From the NCBI RefSeq assembly GCF_963676685.1, contig NC_092355.1, forward strand, positions 26,288,001 through 26,352,000: a stretch of 64,000 bases of DNA, in the 5' to 3' direction. Position 1 is the stretch's first letter, and each line of letters opens with the position of its first letter. The notes under the pieces were generated by a model, which did no database searches, was not told where the DNA came from, and saw nothing but the letters and a program-made list of their open reading frames with translations. Origin of the DNA: Mytilus edulis. Lineage: Eukaryota. The translations under genes were made by a program, and so were the position numbers. Positions 25,826 to 37,900 of this stretch are shown here, piece by piece.

Positions 25826-28370
25826 AAGCTGATTTTTCAAGATTTAGATTCCTGAGGAATTTTATAACCTCTTAATCAGTTTCCCATTTATCATGATTAA
25901 TAACCACTTGGTATTTTGTCTATAAAATGGTTGTTACATTTATAAGGATAACATGGCAGTCTGACAGAAATCAACTGATCCTCGAATGGTGTCTTTCTCA
26001 GCACTACATGTAGCATTGTTTTTATTCTTAAGAGTTAAATAAATAACTGGACATATATTGCTTACGAGTTATGGGCCTGCAGCATGTCGATAATTATATT
26101 ATTGTGCAACAATATGTCATGGTTTTTTCAGAATGCTTATAACTTCTTCACACTAAATACTTTGAAGATGCAATGATTAGTCTAAAACATGGTATACATG
26201 TATATTTCTTTATATACATTGGTCCATTAACTGGCTTCAAAAAAATTTAGTAAACTTATATGTTTTATTTTTGTGTCTTTTGAAGTGTTGTTAGGTGCAT
26301 TCAGCTTTATTTCGATCTACTGAGTCAAGCTATTTCAAACTGATATTTACGTTTGTTCTAATGATGTTCTGTTACCCCAGTGTACAACTGTCCCAGCTCT
26401 CACAAACATGTTTACCCTACCACATTCTGAATACGTCTGGAAGATGAAAAACTTTCCCCTCCAAGCGTACCTTGGTACAGACACGATTTTTAACTATCCT
26501 ATCTAAGAAAGTTCATTTATAAATTTTGAAATTATAAAAAATTAAAGTTTCAACTCCCACAGGCAAAATTGGCTTTTGATAGATTTGGCTATTTTTTAGA
26601 TTATTGTTTTGTCATATAACTCGTTGATTGTTTCGGTTCTTATAAATCCCTGGCTTTCAAATAGTTCCTGGTGAAAGTTAATACAAAAAAGCATTTCGGA
26701 CGCATGACAAGTTTACAACGTATTGTTTTCAATTCTGTTTCACAAGTTGCATTTTTAAGGGGCATAATAAAAGAAAATATTTAAATTTGATGAAATATGA
26801 TACCAATAATATTACGATTACTATAGTAAAGCAAATGCTGGTTTTTGTCATTCTATTTCTTAGTTTTGTTTCTTTTCTGATATATGATTTCTTATATTCA
26901 ATTATAATCTATTTTAATATTCATTATTGATTCATTTATGTTTTGTTAGTTTATCGTACATATGTAACTCCATTGTATTATATTATCAAATTGTAGTCTT
27001 GGCTTCATTGATGGAACCCATATTCTTCGTAATAGTGCTTTAAGGCAACAGATGAAGACCAAAAGAAGGTTGTATGCATATCGTTCCGTCTGAGCGTCAC
27101 TGATGAATCTTATGTTGACGAAACACGCGTCTTGCATATAGCATTACAATCCTGGTACCTTTGATAACTGTATGCACATATTGCTCCGTCAATAAATCAT
27201 TAATAGAGTCGACCTTGGAGTCGATATCGCTGCATTTCACTCTCGAAACATTTATGATACCTTGCCCTTGCTTTGGATGACTTTTAGTTTTGTTTGTTTT
27301 GTTTTATTATCCCTTCCACGTGTGTATCAATTTTTGGGTTTTACATATGTTTGCCTCTTGTTTTACAAAAGAGTCATTATTTGTCATAATGCAAATCTTG
27401 GGTAAAATGAAATGAAATAAGTACCGTTAGTGTTGTAATTGAAAACATTACCTGTACGGATTTTAGGTGTTTTTTGTTTTTGGTCTACTTTTGATCGAGA
27501 TGCTAACAAATATTTTAAATTTTGGTAAACATTTCGTCTCAAACGTACATAAAAAAGATTGTTCCCGAAATTCATGTCAACCAATTTCGATATTTTTGCA
27601 TCTTGTATTTCAATGTCTAAAATTACTTTTTATCTTTAAAGTTTGCAGACAACTCAGTAAACAAGCACACCTAAAAAGGGCGAGCAAACCAGCAGATGAT
27701 GTTTCCCTCTTGCTCTTCCTGGCGTCAGATGAAGCATCGTACATTACCGGAAGTGTCAACTATATCGATGGTGGAAAACATTTATATCCTTGAACAATAT
27801 TCTATCAACTGTCACATAATTCAGATTTCAGACTTGAAGTGTAATTAACAACCATAATGTATTAAATAGAAAATTAGGACATTTTATCAAGAAGAAAGAT
27901 CCCATTACACTAGACATTTTGCGCAAAAATTGTTCATACGTATGTGAATCATAAAAGTAATATAAAAGACATAAGAACTGTTTGTTTGTGTTTATTAATC
28001 TATTCAGTTTTTTTAAGGTTTTCAGAACTAGTTATTTTGAGAGGTATCGATATAACGATTTACACACGCAAATTTATATTAGGTAAAGAGTAAAACTGAT
28101 ATTTTCAGAAAAGGGTGTAGGTAGGTATATCTAGAACTAATCTCGCAAATTGTTATGTCTCTATGCTAGAACGATATCTCAAAGTAGCTAGTATTACATC
28201 AAATTCTGATGAATTAATTTTTAGTTCTGTATTTTTGTTTAAGTTTGATTATTCTCATAAAGTAAACAGTTCAGGTCAGTTGTCTTAATGAGAGCTTGGG
28301 AAATACATTCTCGATAATTTACAGAGTATAGGCTTAGATAGTCAAAAATTAGACTGCATAGTTTCCATTC
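25826..28370 (+). repeat. Segmental duplicate of the SDR1 3' end (about 19076-21600)
   Basis: Colinear homology across intron 7, exon 8, intron 8, exon 9 and the YR remnant. Confidence 0.9.
26997..27793 (+). pseudogene. Duplicated SDR exons 8' (26997-27068) and 9' (27642 or 27649 to 27793): pseudo-exons or alternative terminal exons
   Basis: Each carries a 1-nt deletion relative to SDR1, with NPG>NLG and RAGK>RASK; ends FLASDEASYITGSVNYIDGGKHLYP*. Confidence 0.75.
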
Positions 28371-29390
28371 AAGATGGGCATCGATTTCTGCAGAGTCTGG
28401 TGTTGAGGACAGATTGTTCAAAAAGTATGGTCGATGGAAAAGTCATACTGTGCCCCTCTACTTGCTGACTTGTTTCTTTATTATTATGAGGCTGACTTCA
28501 TGCAGGAACTTCTTAGGAAGAAAGATAAGAAGTTAGCAATATCCTTTAACTCTACTTTCCGCTATATAGATGACGTTCTTTCACTAAACAATTCAAAATT
28601 TGGTGACTATGTGGAACGCATCTATCCCATCGAATTGGAGATAAAGGATACTACAGATACAGTTAAGTCAGCTTCATATCTTGACTTACATCTAGAAATT
28701 GACAATGAGGGTCGGTTGAAGACAAAACTTTACGACAAAAGAGATGATTTCAGCTTTCCAATTGTGAACTTTCCATTTCTAAGTAGCAACATTCCAGCAG
28801 CACCTGCATACGGGGTATATATCTCTCAATTGATACGATATTCCCGTGCTTGCATTTCCTATCATGATTTTCTTGATAGAGGGTTACTGCTCACAAGGAA
28901 GCTATTAAATCAAGAGTTCCAAATGGTGAAGTTGAAATCATCCCTTCGTAAATTTTACGGACGCCATCACGAGTTGGTTGACCGTTATGGAATAACCATT
29001 TCACAAATGATATCGGATATGTTCCTCACGTCGTAACTACAATCCCCTTCCCTTTAATGAATTTGACCTACCGAATTAGACTATTTACCGGATTTGTAAT
29101 CACATAAGCAACACGACGGGTGCCGCATGTGGAGCAGGATCTGCTTACCCTTCCGGAGCACCTGAGATCACCCCTAGTTTTTGGTGGGGTTCGTGTTGTT
29201 TATTCTTTAGTTTTCTATGTTGTGTCATGTGTACTATTGTTTTTCTGTTTGTCTTTTTCATTTTTAGCCATGGCGTTGTCAGTTTGTTTTAGATTTATGA
29301 GTTTGACTGTCCCTTTGGTATCTTTCGTCCCTCTTTCATACAAGAAAAGACGGTTATGTTAAAGAGTCTTTGAAGGATCGACTAATGTAT
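27880..29390 (+). mobile_element. Second, longer copy of the DIRS-type YR remnant, interrupted by a Naiad-like insertion
   Basis: LHSF...SAESGVEDRLFKKYGRWKSH continues after the insert as HTRKDGYVKESLKDRL. Confidence 0.75.
28449..29335 (+). mobile_element. 5'-truncated Penelope-like retroelement (Naiad-like): RT C-terminal half plus 3' UTR
   Basis: Uninterrupted CAPLLADLFLY...FRYIDDVL...SYLDL...LYDKRDDF...YGVYISQLIRY; the ORF ends with no C-terminal GIY-YIG; flanked by TCATAC (28443-28448 and 29336-29341). Confidence 0.85.
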
Positions 29391-30969
29391 TTTTTTTACA
29401 CTTTCTTTGTTTTCCGAAGCTTTGCTGCACACTGTCAGATGAACTGATCCCATACAAAAGTGTTGAGTTCATTTTGTAAATAATTTATATTCGCTTGAAG
29501 TTATGAATTATAACATAAATATATATTAATTAGAGGTATGTACATCGGTACGTAAACATTACCACGTGTATTTGTTTATAAATTTACACTTGTTGAAATC
29601 ATATAATAGATTAACTATTTTTCATTGGTCGAGTTAGAACTGACCTTTATATTTGAATGAGGTCAATTTAAATTTGTCGTGCTATATTTTTTGCGGTTTT
29701 GTAAATTATAGATATTGTCATTCGAGGTTCGTCTTTGGTGCAGAAAGTTTCCCATCCTTTCACCCGACTAAATTTATATGGTTTTTCAAAAAATGTACAT
29801 TTATCGTCATACAGAAAATGTACATTTTATCGTCATGCGCAAAACAATTACTATTTACGACATTTGGCAAGATTTTTTTTACCTTTATTCGTCATGACGA
29901 TAACCCAAAAAACGACCCTCCTGTATGGTACCTTCAACAATGAGCAAAACCAATAACGATTAGTTATCAAGACAATATGTGAAACAATTCAAATGAGAAA
30001 ACTAACGATCTGCTTTATTCTTAAAACTTTCAACGAAAAACTAACATAGCAAAGAAGGCATAACAAGCATTCTGACGTTAGGATTGATATATCGCCGTCA
30101 CGTGGTGACCCTCTATGCATCTCGTATAAGTTCAGGAGATTTCATATGGGATTCATGGCGTCATGTTAGAAATGTATGGTGACGTCATCACTGTATTTAA
30201 TTGCTTATTTTTATACACAACTTAGCAGAAAAAATACTCTGCGATTTATTCGTTGTATAATTCACTACTGACCTTTGACCTCACAACCTATGACTTTTAA
30301 GTTTTTGTATTAACCTTTGTGGGTTGTAATCACTGTATTAACTCATCCGTTGCTATTAATTGTGCAACAAATCTTAGATTCAACCATGATGACAAAACAT
30401 GATGTTTTGTCGTTATTTTTTAATATTTCAATTTTGTAAAAAAAAAAAAAAAAATGCGAAGAGGAATGATTGTCAATACGACAAACAAAAATTCGCTGAT
30501 ATTCGCGGTACTGTTTTATCTGCTTTATCTAACGGAATTTCTCTGTTTTATGTTTTGTTTTTCAAGGTTAAATGCAATATATCTGTACAAAATCTTCAAA
30601 AGTAAATTAAAGGATTTAATGGGTTTTTTTTCAAGTTTGAACATGTAGCTTCCTTCGACTATATCCGATTCTGACGACGATTGGCAGAGACAGGCAGCTA
30701 ATGTAAGATCAACCCCCTGAAGTAGCTTTATTATTAGGAATCAGTATAACAAACATTTACTTGTCAGCAAAACGTAGAATATAATGATATTAAGAAGAAT
30801 TTGTCCTTACCCGACTTACCATTTTTTTCCATCGCTTCAGGGGTATTTATATCCAGTGGTGATGCTACAGAGTGAGTCCGGTTTTAAAGCTTTTTTGGGG
30901 TAGAAGCCAATAGATGACAATATAAATAGCTTACATGGAACTATGATCCTACAGCAGTCATCTGCGTAC

Positions 30970-31210
30970 AGGATCCGTGACAAACGATACAATTTCAATT
31001 TTGAAATTATTCAATTTTTCTCATCTAAGCAGCAATTCAATATACCATCTTCACCCGCGTATGGAGTATACACTTCTAAACGTATACGACTACACTACTC
31101 AAGACTTGGTGTATATATAGAACGTGATCGATGACTGAGCAAAATATTTGTGAGCCAGGGTCTTAACCCTTTTCTCAAAGAGTAAATCGGAAAGTACCAA
31201 GACCTATGAC
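30970..31210 (+). mobile_element. Old Naiad-like RT thumb fragment
   Basis: IRDKRYNFNFEII...NIPSSPAYGVYTSKRIR is homologous to the 28434-29036 ORF. Confidence 0.65.
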
Positions 31211-31946
31211 ACCTATATGTATTAGTTTATCATTCAGTGTCTACTTCATAATAAGCATAAGATGGTCTCGAGTTAGATTGTTCACGTTGTGTTTCTTTGT
31301 ATCTACTTTACTGTTTCACTTTACTGTTTCACTTTACTGTTTCATTTTACTTGTCTTTGTGCTATTACGTTCCTTTTGGTTGTATAACTCTTCGACTCCT
31401 TATCTATAAATCCAGCTATCAGGTGTTGGGCTCTGTGTGATCGTCGGTGAGTACATGTATATGTGCGATGCGGGCGCAAAGTTTCTTGTTACAGTTTTGT
31501 GTTAGTTTGCATACCCTGGTATTTACAACAAAGCGAATTAAACACAGTCAAGTCGGCATATGCGACTGTCATACAAGTGAGAGGTTTAGCTAGCTATAAA
31601 ACCAGGTTCAATCCACCATTTTTTACATTAGAAAATGCCTGTCCCAAGTCAGAAATATGTCAGTTGTAATCCATTCGTTTGATGTGTTTGGACTTTTGAT
31701 TTTGCCTTTTGATTTTTGATTTTCCTTTTTGAATTTTCCTCTGAGTTCAGTATTTTTGTGTTTTTACTTTTTTCTATAAAAGGCCACGCCATTTATCGTA
31801 TTTTCTTAAATTGTTGGGGCCTAATCTTCGATGGTCTACCACCAAGACCAGAAAATAAATATCAAATAGCATGAAATATATTTTATGGTTGTGAATTTCT
31901 CTAAAAGTCTTAAATCTAAATTATCTCAGAAAAGGTGGAATATTGT

Positions 31947-34900
31947 TCAAGGATATAAATGATATCCACCATCGATAAAGTTGATACTCCCGGTAATGTA
32001 CGATGCTTCATCTGACGCCAAGAAGAGCAAGAGGGAAACAACATCTGATGATTTTCCCACCCTTTTAAGGTGTGCTTGTTCTGCTGCCGTGTCTGCATAC
32101 TAAAAAGACAAGAGATAATTTTAGACATTGAAATACAAGATGCAAAGATATCGAAATTTGGTTGACATGAATTTCGGAAATAATCTATGTTAGGTAAATT
32201 CGAGACATAATGCTTTGGAATCCAAAATTTAAAATATATGTTAGCATCTCGATAAAAAAAGACTAAACAAACCCCACAAAAAATCCGCTTAGGTCAGGTT
32301 TTTTAAGAGGGTATTGCAATAACAACATTAACGGTTCTAATTGCAATGCACTTGACCCAAGATTCACATTTTGACAAATAATGACTCTTCTGTACAACAC
32401 GAGGCCAACATATGTAAAACTCAAAAACTAATTCAAACGTTGAAGGGCTAATAAAACAAACAAAAAAGAACTAAACGTCATCAAAAACCAGGACATGGTA
32501 TCATATATTTTTAAGAGTGAAATACAGCGATATCGACTCCAAGGTCGACTCTATTCATAGTTTATACTGTAACTAGGTGTGTTTATTTCCGAAACAAAGA
32601 CGCATAGCTATATTTTGTATGATGTCAATTTCATATTATTATACTTCACGTTAAAATGCCATATTTTGATTCGCTTAAAGGAGGGCGTTAATTTACTCTA
32701 TCACATTGCTGAGCGGTTGACAATTTTTTTAAATGTTACCATCTTGGATAGACCAATCACAAATAGGTAATTTATATGACAATGAATTGAATTTATATCA
32801 AGTTATTAAAGACAATACTAAAAGTTCTACGTTTTGGCTAGGATTGTATTATCTGACTTTCAAATAAAAAATAAAACACATTATACTGCACTCGTTCTAT
32901 TTGAGTAGTCAAAATGCGTTGACTGTATATTTCTACGTCATTAACAATCACTAACCTGGTATCAGTTTTCCTCATGAATATTTGAAAAGTAGAGTCAGAA
33001 CTAAATATTCATGACGAACTCTTCAATCTGTCCTTTTTTCCAATATACTATACAACGAAGAGTGGAACGACTCAAACTTATTTCTTTAACAATTGTTGAA
33101 AAAAACTTATTTCACTTGTTAACATTTTTCATTAACCCTGTAAATCATTATGTGTAATGCTTATTGTTGATATTCTATTCCATACTGAAAAGATTTCGTT
33201 CACCATTGATTTATTTCACATGTAATGTACATTAATCATGTTCATTGTGATGTATATTTCTCCGCCTGATATGAGTCCTTTTCAAAGGGGGGTTTTTTTT
33301 CCTGTTTCGGGCCGAATCCTTATATTGTTGATAGGTCAAGTCAATGCATCATTATTGTCTATTTACTTCACTTCTGTTAATTTTTCTAATACCCGTTACG
33401 TTGTAAAGTACGTGATAATATAGAAATATTTTTAGATACAATTCATTTGTAAAAGACAATAATAATGGGACATTCAGTATAATAAATTAAATAACACATA
33501 GTTCAGAGGGTGATAGAGCAGATTGATACCCCTCTAAAAAGCATTGTCAACCTTGGTTTCGCCGCGGTAGAATATGTTTTCTCGGGGTACCAACCTGCTT
33601 TATCACCCTCTCAGCTATGTGTTATGTATATACTTATTTATATAATGGTACACTTTCTCTCCAATCCGGGGTCCATTAAGGGATGGTATTTGTGTTACGA
33701 TTTAAAAAGCTATTAGTGTATTAATTTGAGTTTCAGTATAAAAAAAAAAATATTAGGTCAATGTCATGAAAATATAGATTTTTTGTACCTCGCCCTTTCC
33801 CAGTTTCCTAGCCTCATATAAAAAAGTTTATATTTTCCTGACATTGACCTAATATTGTATAATGATTGACGGAACAATATGTGTATAAAACCTTCTTTTG
33901 GTCTTCATCTGTAGTCTTCAAAGTACTATTACGAAGAATATTGGTATCAGCAATGTAACCAGGACTACAATTTGATAATACAATACAATAAAGTTACATA
34001 ATATGTACGATTAACTAACAAACAGATAATAAATAATGAATATTACAATAGATTAAATTTAAATATAAGAAATCGTCTTTCTGAAAAGAAACAAACCTAC
34101 GAAATAGAATGACAACATTCGGCATTTGTTATTATATAGTAATCTAATTATTGTCATCATATTTTATCAACTTTAAATATCTTTCTTTCGTTATTTCCCT
34201 TAAACATGTAACTTGTGCAACAAAATTGAAAACAACACGTTAAATTCATTTCATGGCGCGTCCGGAACGTTTTTCTGGATTTACTTTCCTCAGGAACGCT
34301 AAAAGCCAAATATTTGAAAGCCAAGGATTTATAAGAACCGAAACAATTGAAGAGCTATATGACAATAAATAACCTAGAAAAATAGTCAAATTTATCTAAA
34401 GCCGACTTTGCATGAGGGAGTTGAGACCTTAATTACTTTATAATTTCAAAACTTATAAATGGACAATTTTAGAAAAGTTTGCCATAAATCATGTCTGTAC
34501 CGAAGTACACTTGGAGGGGAACGTTTTTCATTTTACATGCGCATTCAGAATGTGGTAGGGTAAACATGTTTGTGAGAGCTTGGACACTTGTACACTGGGT
34601 TAAAAGAACATCATTAGAACAAACGTAAATATCAGTTTGAAAGAGCCTGACTCAGTGGATTGCTATAAAGCTGAATGCAACTAATAACACTTAAAAGACA
34701 CAAGATTTCTCTTAGGAATACAGGACAATGCAGGATAAACCATGGTCTCTGCCTATTTTGAAGCAAATGGTAATAAATATTGTGTATTAAAATCACATCT
34801 TTTCTGTTAAACAATTTTTAAATATCTGACACTGAAGGTTGAGGTAAATCAGGGTACTTGGTAACAACGTTCTAGGTACTACACCACCAACTAATTAGAA

Positions 34901-37900
34901 CTTACTTGATAGCATTCACTCTTACACCGTGAGGACCTAGTTCTGAAAGAAATTTATTTAATCAACATTTTGTTTCAATGATTTGTTCATAAACTGTATA
35001 CGTCAAGAAATTAAAGTTAAGCCCGTTATATTTTTTAAGTTAATATCTAGTGTTTTTAACATGCAAATAGAACTCAGCACATTTTTGAAAAAGAAGGGGG
35101 AGTGTTCTAACAAAGATTTTGAACGTAAGTGACCAATAATTTGGTGTATTTAAATAAACGTTAGATTAGAAAAATAGACAGGTACACAAAAGATAAAAAT
35201 GATATCAAGGACTGTACAATCACAATTTTTTTTTTAAAGTCCTTTTTATTTTGAAATAGTCTTTGCAATCAATTACAAAGCAGAACATTTAATAATTATT
35301 TCGATTGGTTCATCTAGACATATTACTGTACAATAAATATATTTTACCTTTGGCTAGACATTTTGTAAGCATATCAATAGCTACTTTTGCCATGCAGTAA
35401 ACTACTGTCATCGGTTGCTGAAAAACAAACAAACATTTTTTTTGTATTATTTACATTTCAATTTTACATAGTAATTTTGCATTTTATATACAAATTTATT
35501 TTATTCAATTTAGGTAACCAAGTTACTAAGGAGTTTGCATTCCACATGTTCCAAATGTGCTTTTATGGTAGATTATATGGTTCAAACATTTGTGGCTTTT
35601 TTTTATCTTTTACAATTTTTTAAGTGGTAATTTATGATTAAGTTTAATTCCCAAGAAAACTGCTTTCCTGTTCAGATGGCAATTAAACAGCATGAATCAA
35701 GGGTAATTTCATTGTTCGTACACCAAAATGAAAATGACGTGTTGGTGTACACTTTTTAAAATATTACCCAGGATGCATTAGATTCTAAAACGGCGAATTG
35801 TATACAAATAATTGTTGAAGATAGTATATTGACATATGAATGTTTTAGTTGTGTTGTTGGGTGCCGTTTTAATTAACGATGTTCGAACGGAACTGTACGA
35901 TTTCATTTTTTTAATTTGATGTCTGATCGGAAGAATATACATAAAATATTAAATATACTTACCGGTATCGTGGAACAGAGACTCGACAGGTAGATTATGT
36001 TGCCTACATCGAAAATTCGAATTACTTAAAAGTATGTTTAGATTCATACGCCGTCTCTTATGATTGTTTGTATCAAAAAGAGACGAATTTGTTTACATAA
36101 CAGTTTACTTATTATGCTATATGTTATATATATATAGAGCACGGCTCTTACGAATTAAGATTTTTAATGCATCGAAAACGCGTAGCGTTTGAGTGCATTA
36201 AAAATTTTAACGAGTAAGGCGTGGCTATATATGATTTGTAATATGACCAATGAAAATGCTATATTATACAGACATTAAATAGTTAATTATTAAGGCTTTG
36301 CCAAAATGACGTTATTCCCGCCTTAATTCTGCACGAGCTCTTGTCTGTTTAGAAGCTTAAAATGTCGGAGGCAATGGTTGATTTTTTAGGCGACGGTGAA
36401 GAAAACTTTGTCCTCTCTCAAATCTCCGAAGAGGACGTTGATTTATTTAGCACGTTCGCAGTTTTGCGGGGGAAAGAGGACGATATGTCACTATCGCAAA
36501 TTGCGATGAAATTAGAGAAGGATTATGCGGATGATGCTTTGTGCCAAGGAGGAGACCGCAATGTTGAGAATTTTACCATCCCACTGCAGTTTGAAAGTTT
36601 CGTTTCTAAAGAATCTTTTGATGACACAAATTTGGTCGCAGAGAGTGATTTTGATATTTTTCAAACTGCCATTTTTGACCTTGGACTAATTTCGAGGAAA
36701 TGCAGGCTCCAAGTGACCGTTTTACTACGGTTGTCACCGATGCAGAAATTTCAAATCTAGTCAATAAAAAAATGAACGCTAACACAAAAAAGAACACGAA
36801 ATGGGCAGTGGGTGTATTTAACCAATGGAGATCTTTCCAGGCTCAGAACGGGGATCCTATTCTTGAGCTACATATGATGAACGCGGAATGTATGAACTAT
36901 TGGCTAGACAGGTTTGTTGTGGAGACGAGGAAACAAAACGGAGACGAGTATCCGCCTAAATCTTTATACTACATTGTGTGTGGTCTCCTTAGACATTGTA
37001 GGGACATGAATGTCCACGACAAAAACTTTCTGGATCAGAAAGATGGCCGATTTGCTCATTTCAGACGCGTTTTTGACGCTAAAATGAAAGACTCATTATC
37101 GAAAAGAATAGGCACTAAGGTTTGCAGGGCAGACCCCGTATCCGATGATGACGAAGAAAAGTTTTGGACTTAGGGGACGGGACGAGCACAGAAATCTGGA
37201 CCATTCTCAGTTCGAAACTGGACAAGATGCTACTGAAAGATTTATAAGATTCATTGGTCGAAACAACAAGACGTTCAAAGGTGGTTTAGGTGATTTACGG
37301 CTGGATAACAAAGATATCAAACACTATGCAAGAGGTAAGTGTATACGTATTTAAATTATTTTAAAAAACATGTTTTTAAAACGGCAATTAGCATATCACG
37401 TTTTATGTATTTTTGAAACAAAAAGAATGACAAAGCCGTGACAAATTTGTTTCAGGCTAAATCGTATAAACTGGTAGAAATCTGAAGACTCCCATATTAA
37501 AAGCACGTGGTTGTCTTTTATTTTCACTTTGTTCATCCGTCCGTCCGTTTGTTTGTCTGTCCGTCCTTCAAAATCTAGTTATTGTGGGCGCTTCATCTCA
37601 AGATCCTCTCGAGCAAGACAGGACGGGGTTGCTGACTGGCCTACTAGTATATCATTTTCTGAATCTTCAGCTGTTTCCCATAAAATATTTAAAATTTTGC
37701 CGGTTGGACCCTTTCTTACTAATCAGTTGAGTTTTCTAGTTTTAATATTAATTTTAAACTTGTTAATAAATACCACTTGTTATTTCTTTCTGTTTCTATA
37801 CATGCAACATAAGTTTAGCGGAGGAAAATACATTTTAAAGTTCACAAATCTTCTTTTGCAGGACCAATATGCATAGTTGACTTCTATGAAACATGCTTGG

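Noticed and set aside
29120-29362. 80-aa hydrophobic ORF (also 40333-40554) as a membrane protein
   Set aside because: It is the 3' UTR of a repeated Penelope-like element and starts at GTG.
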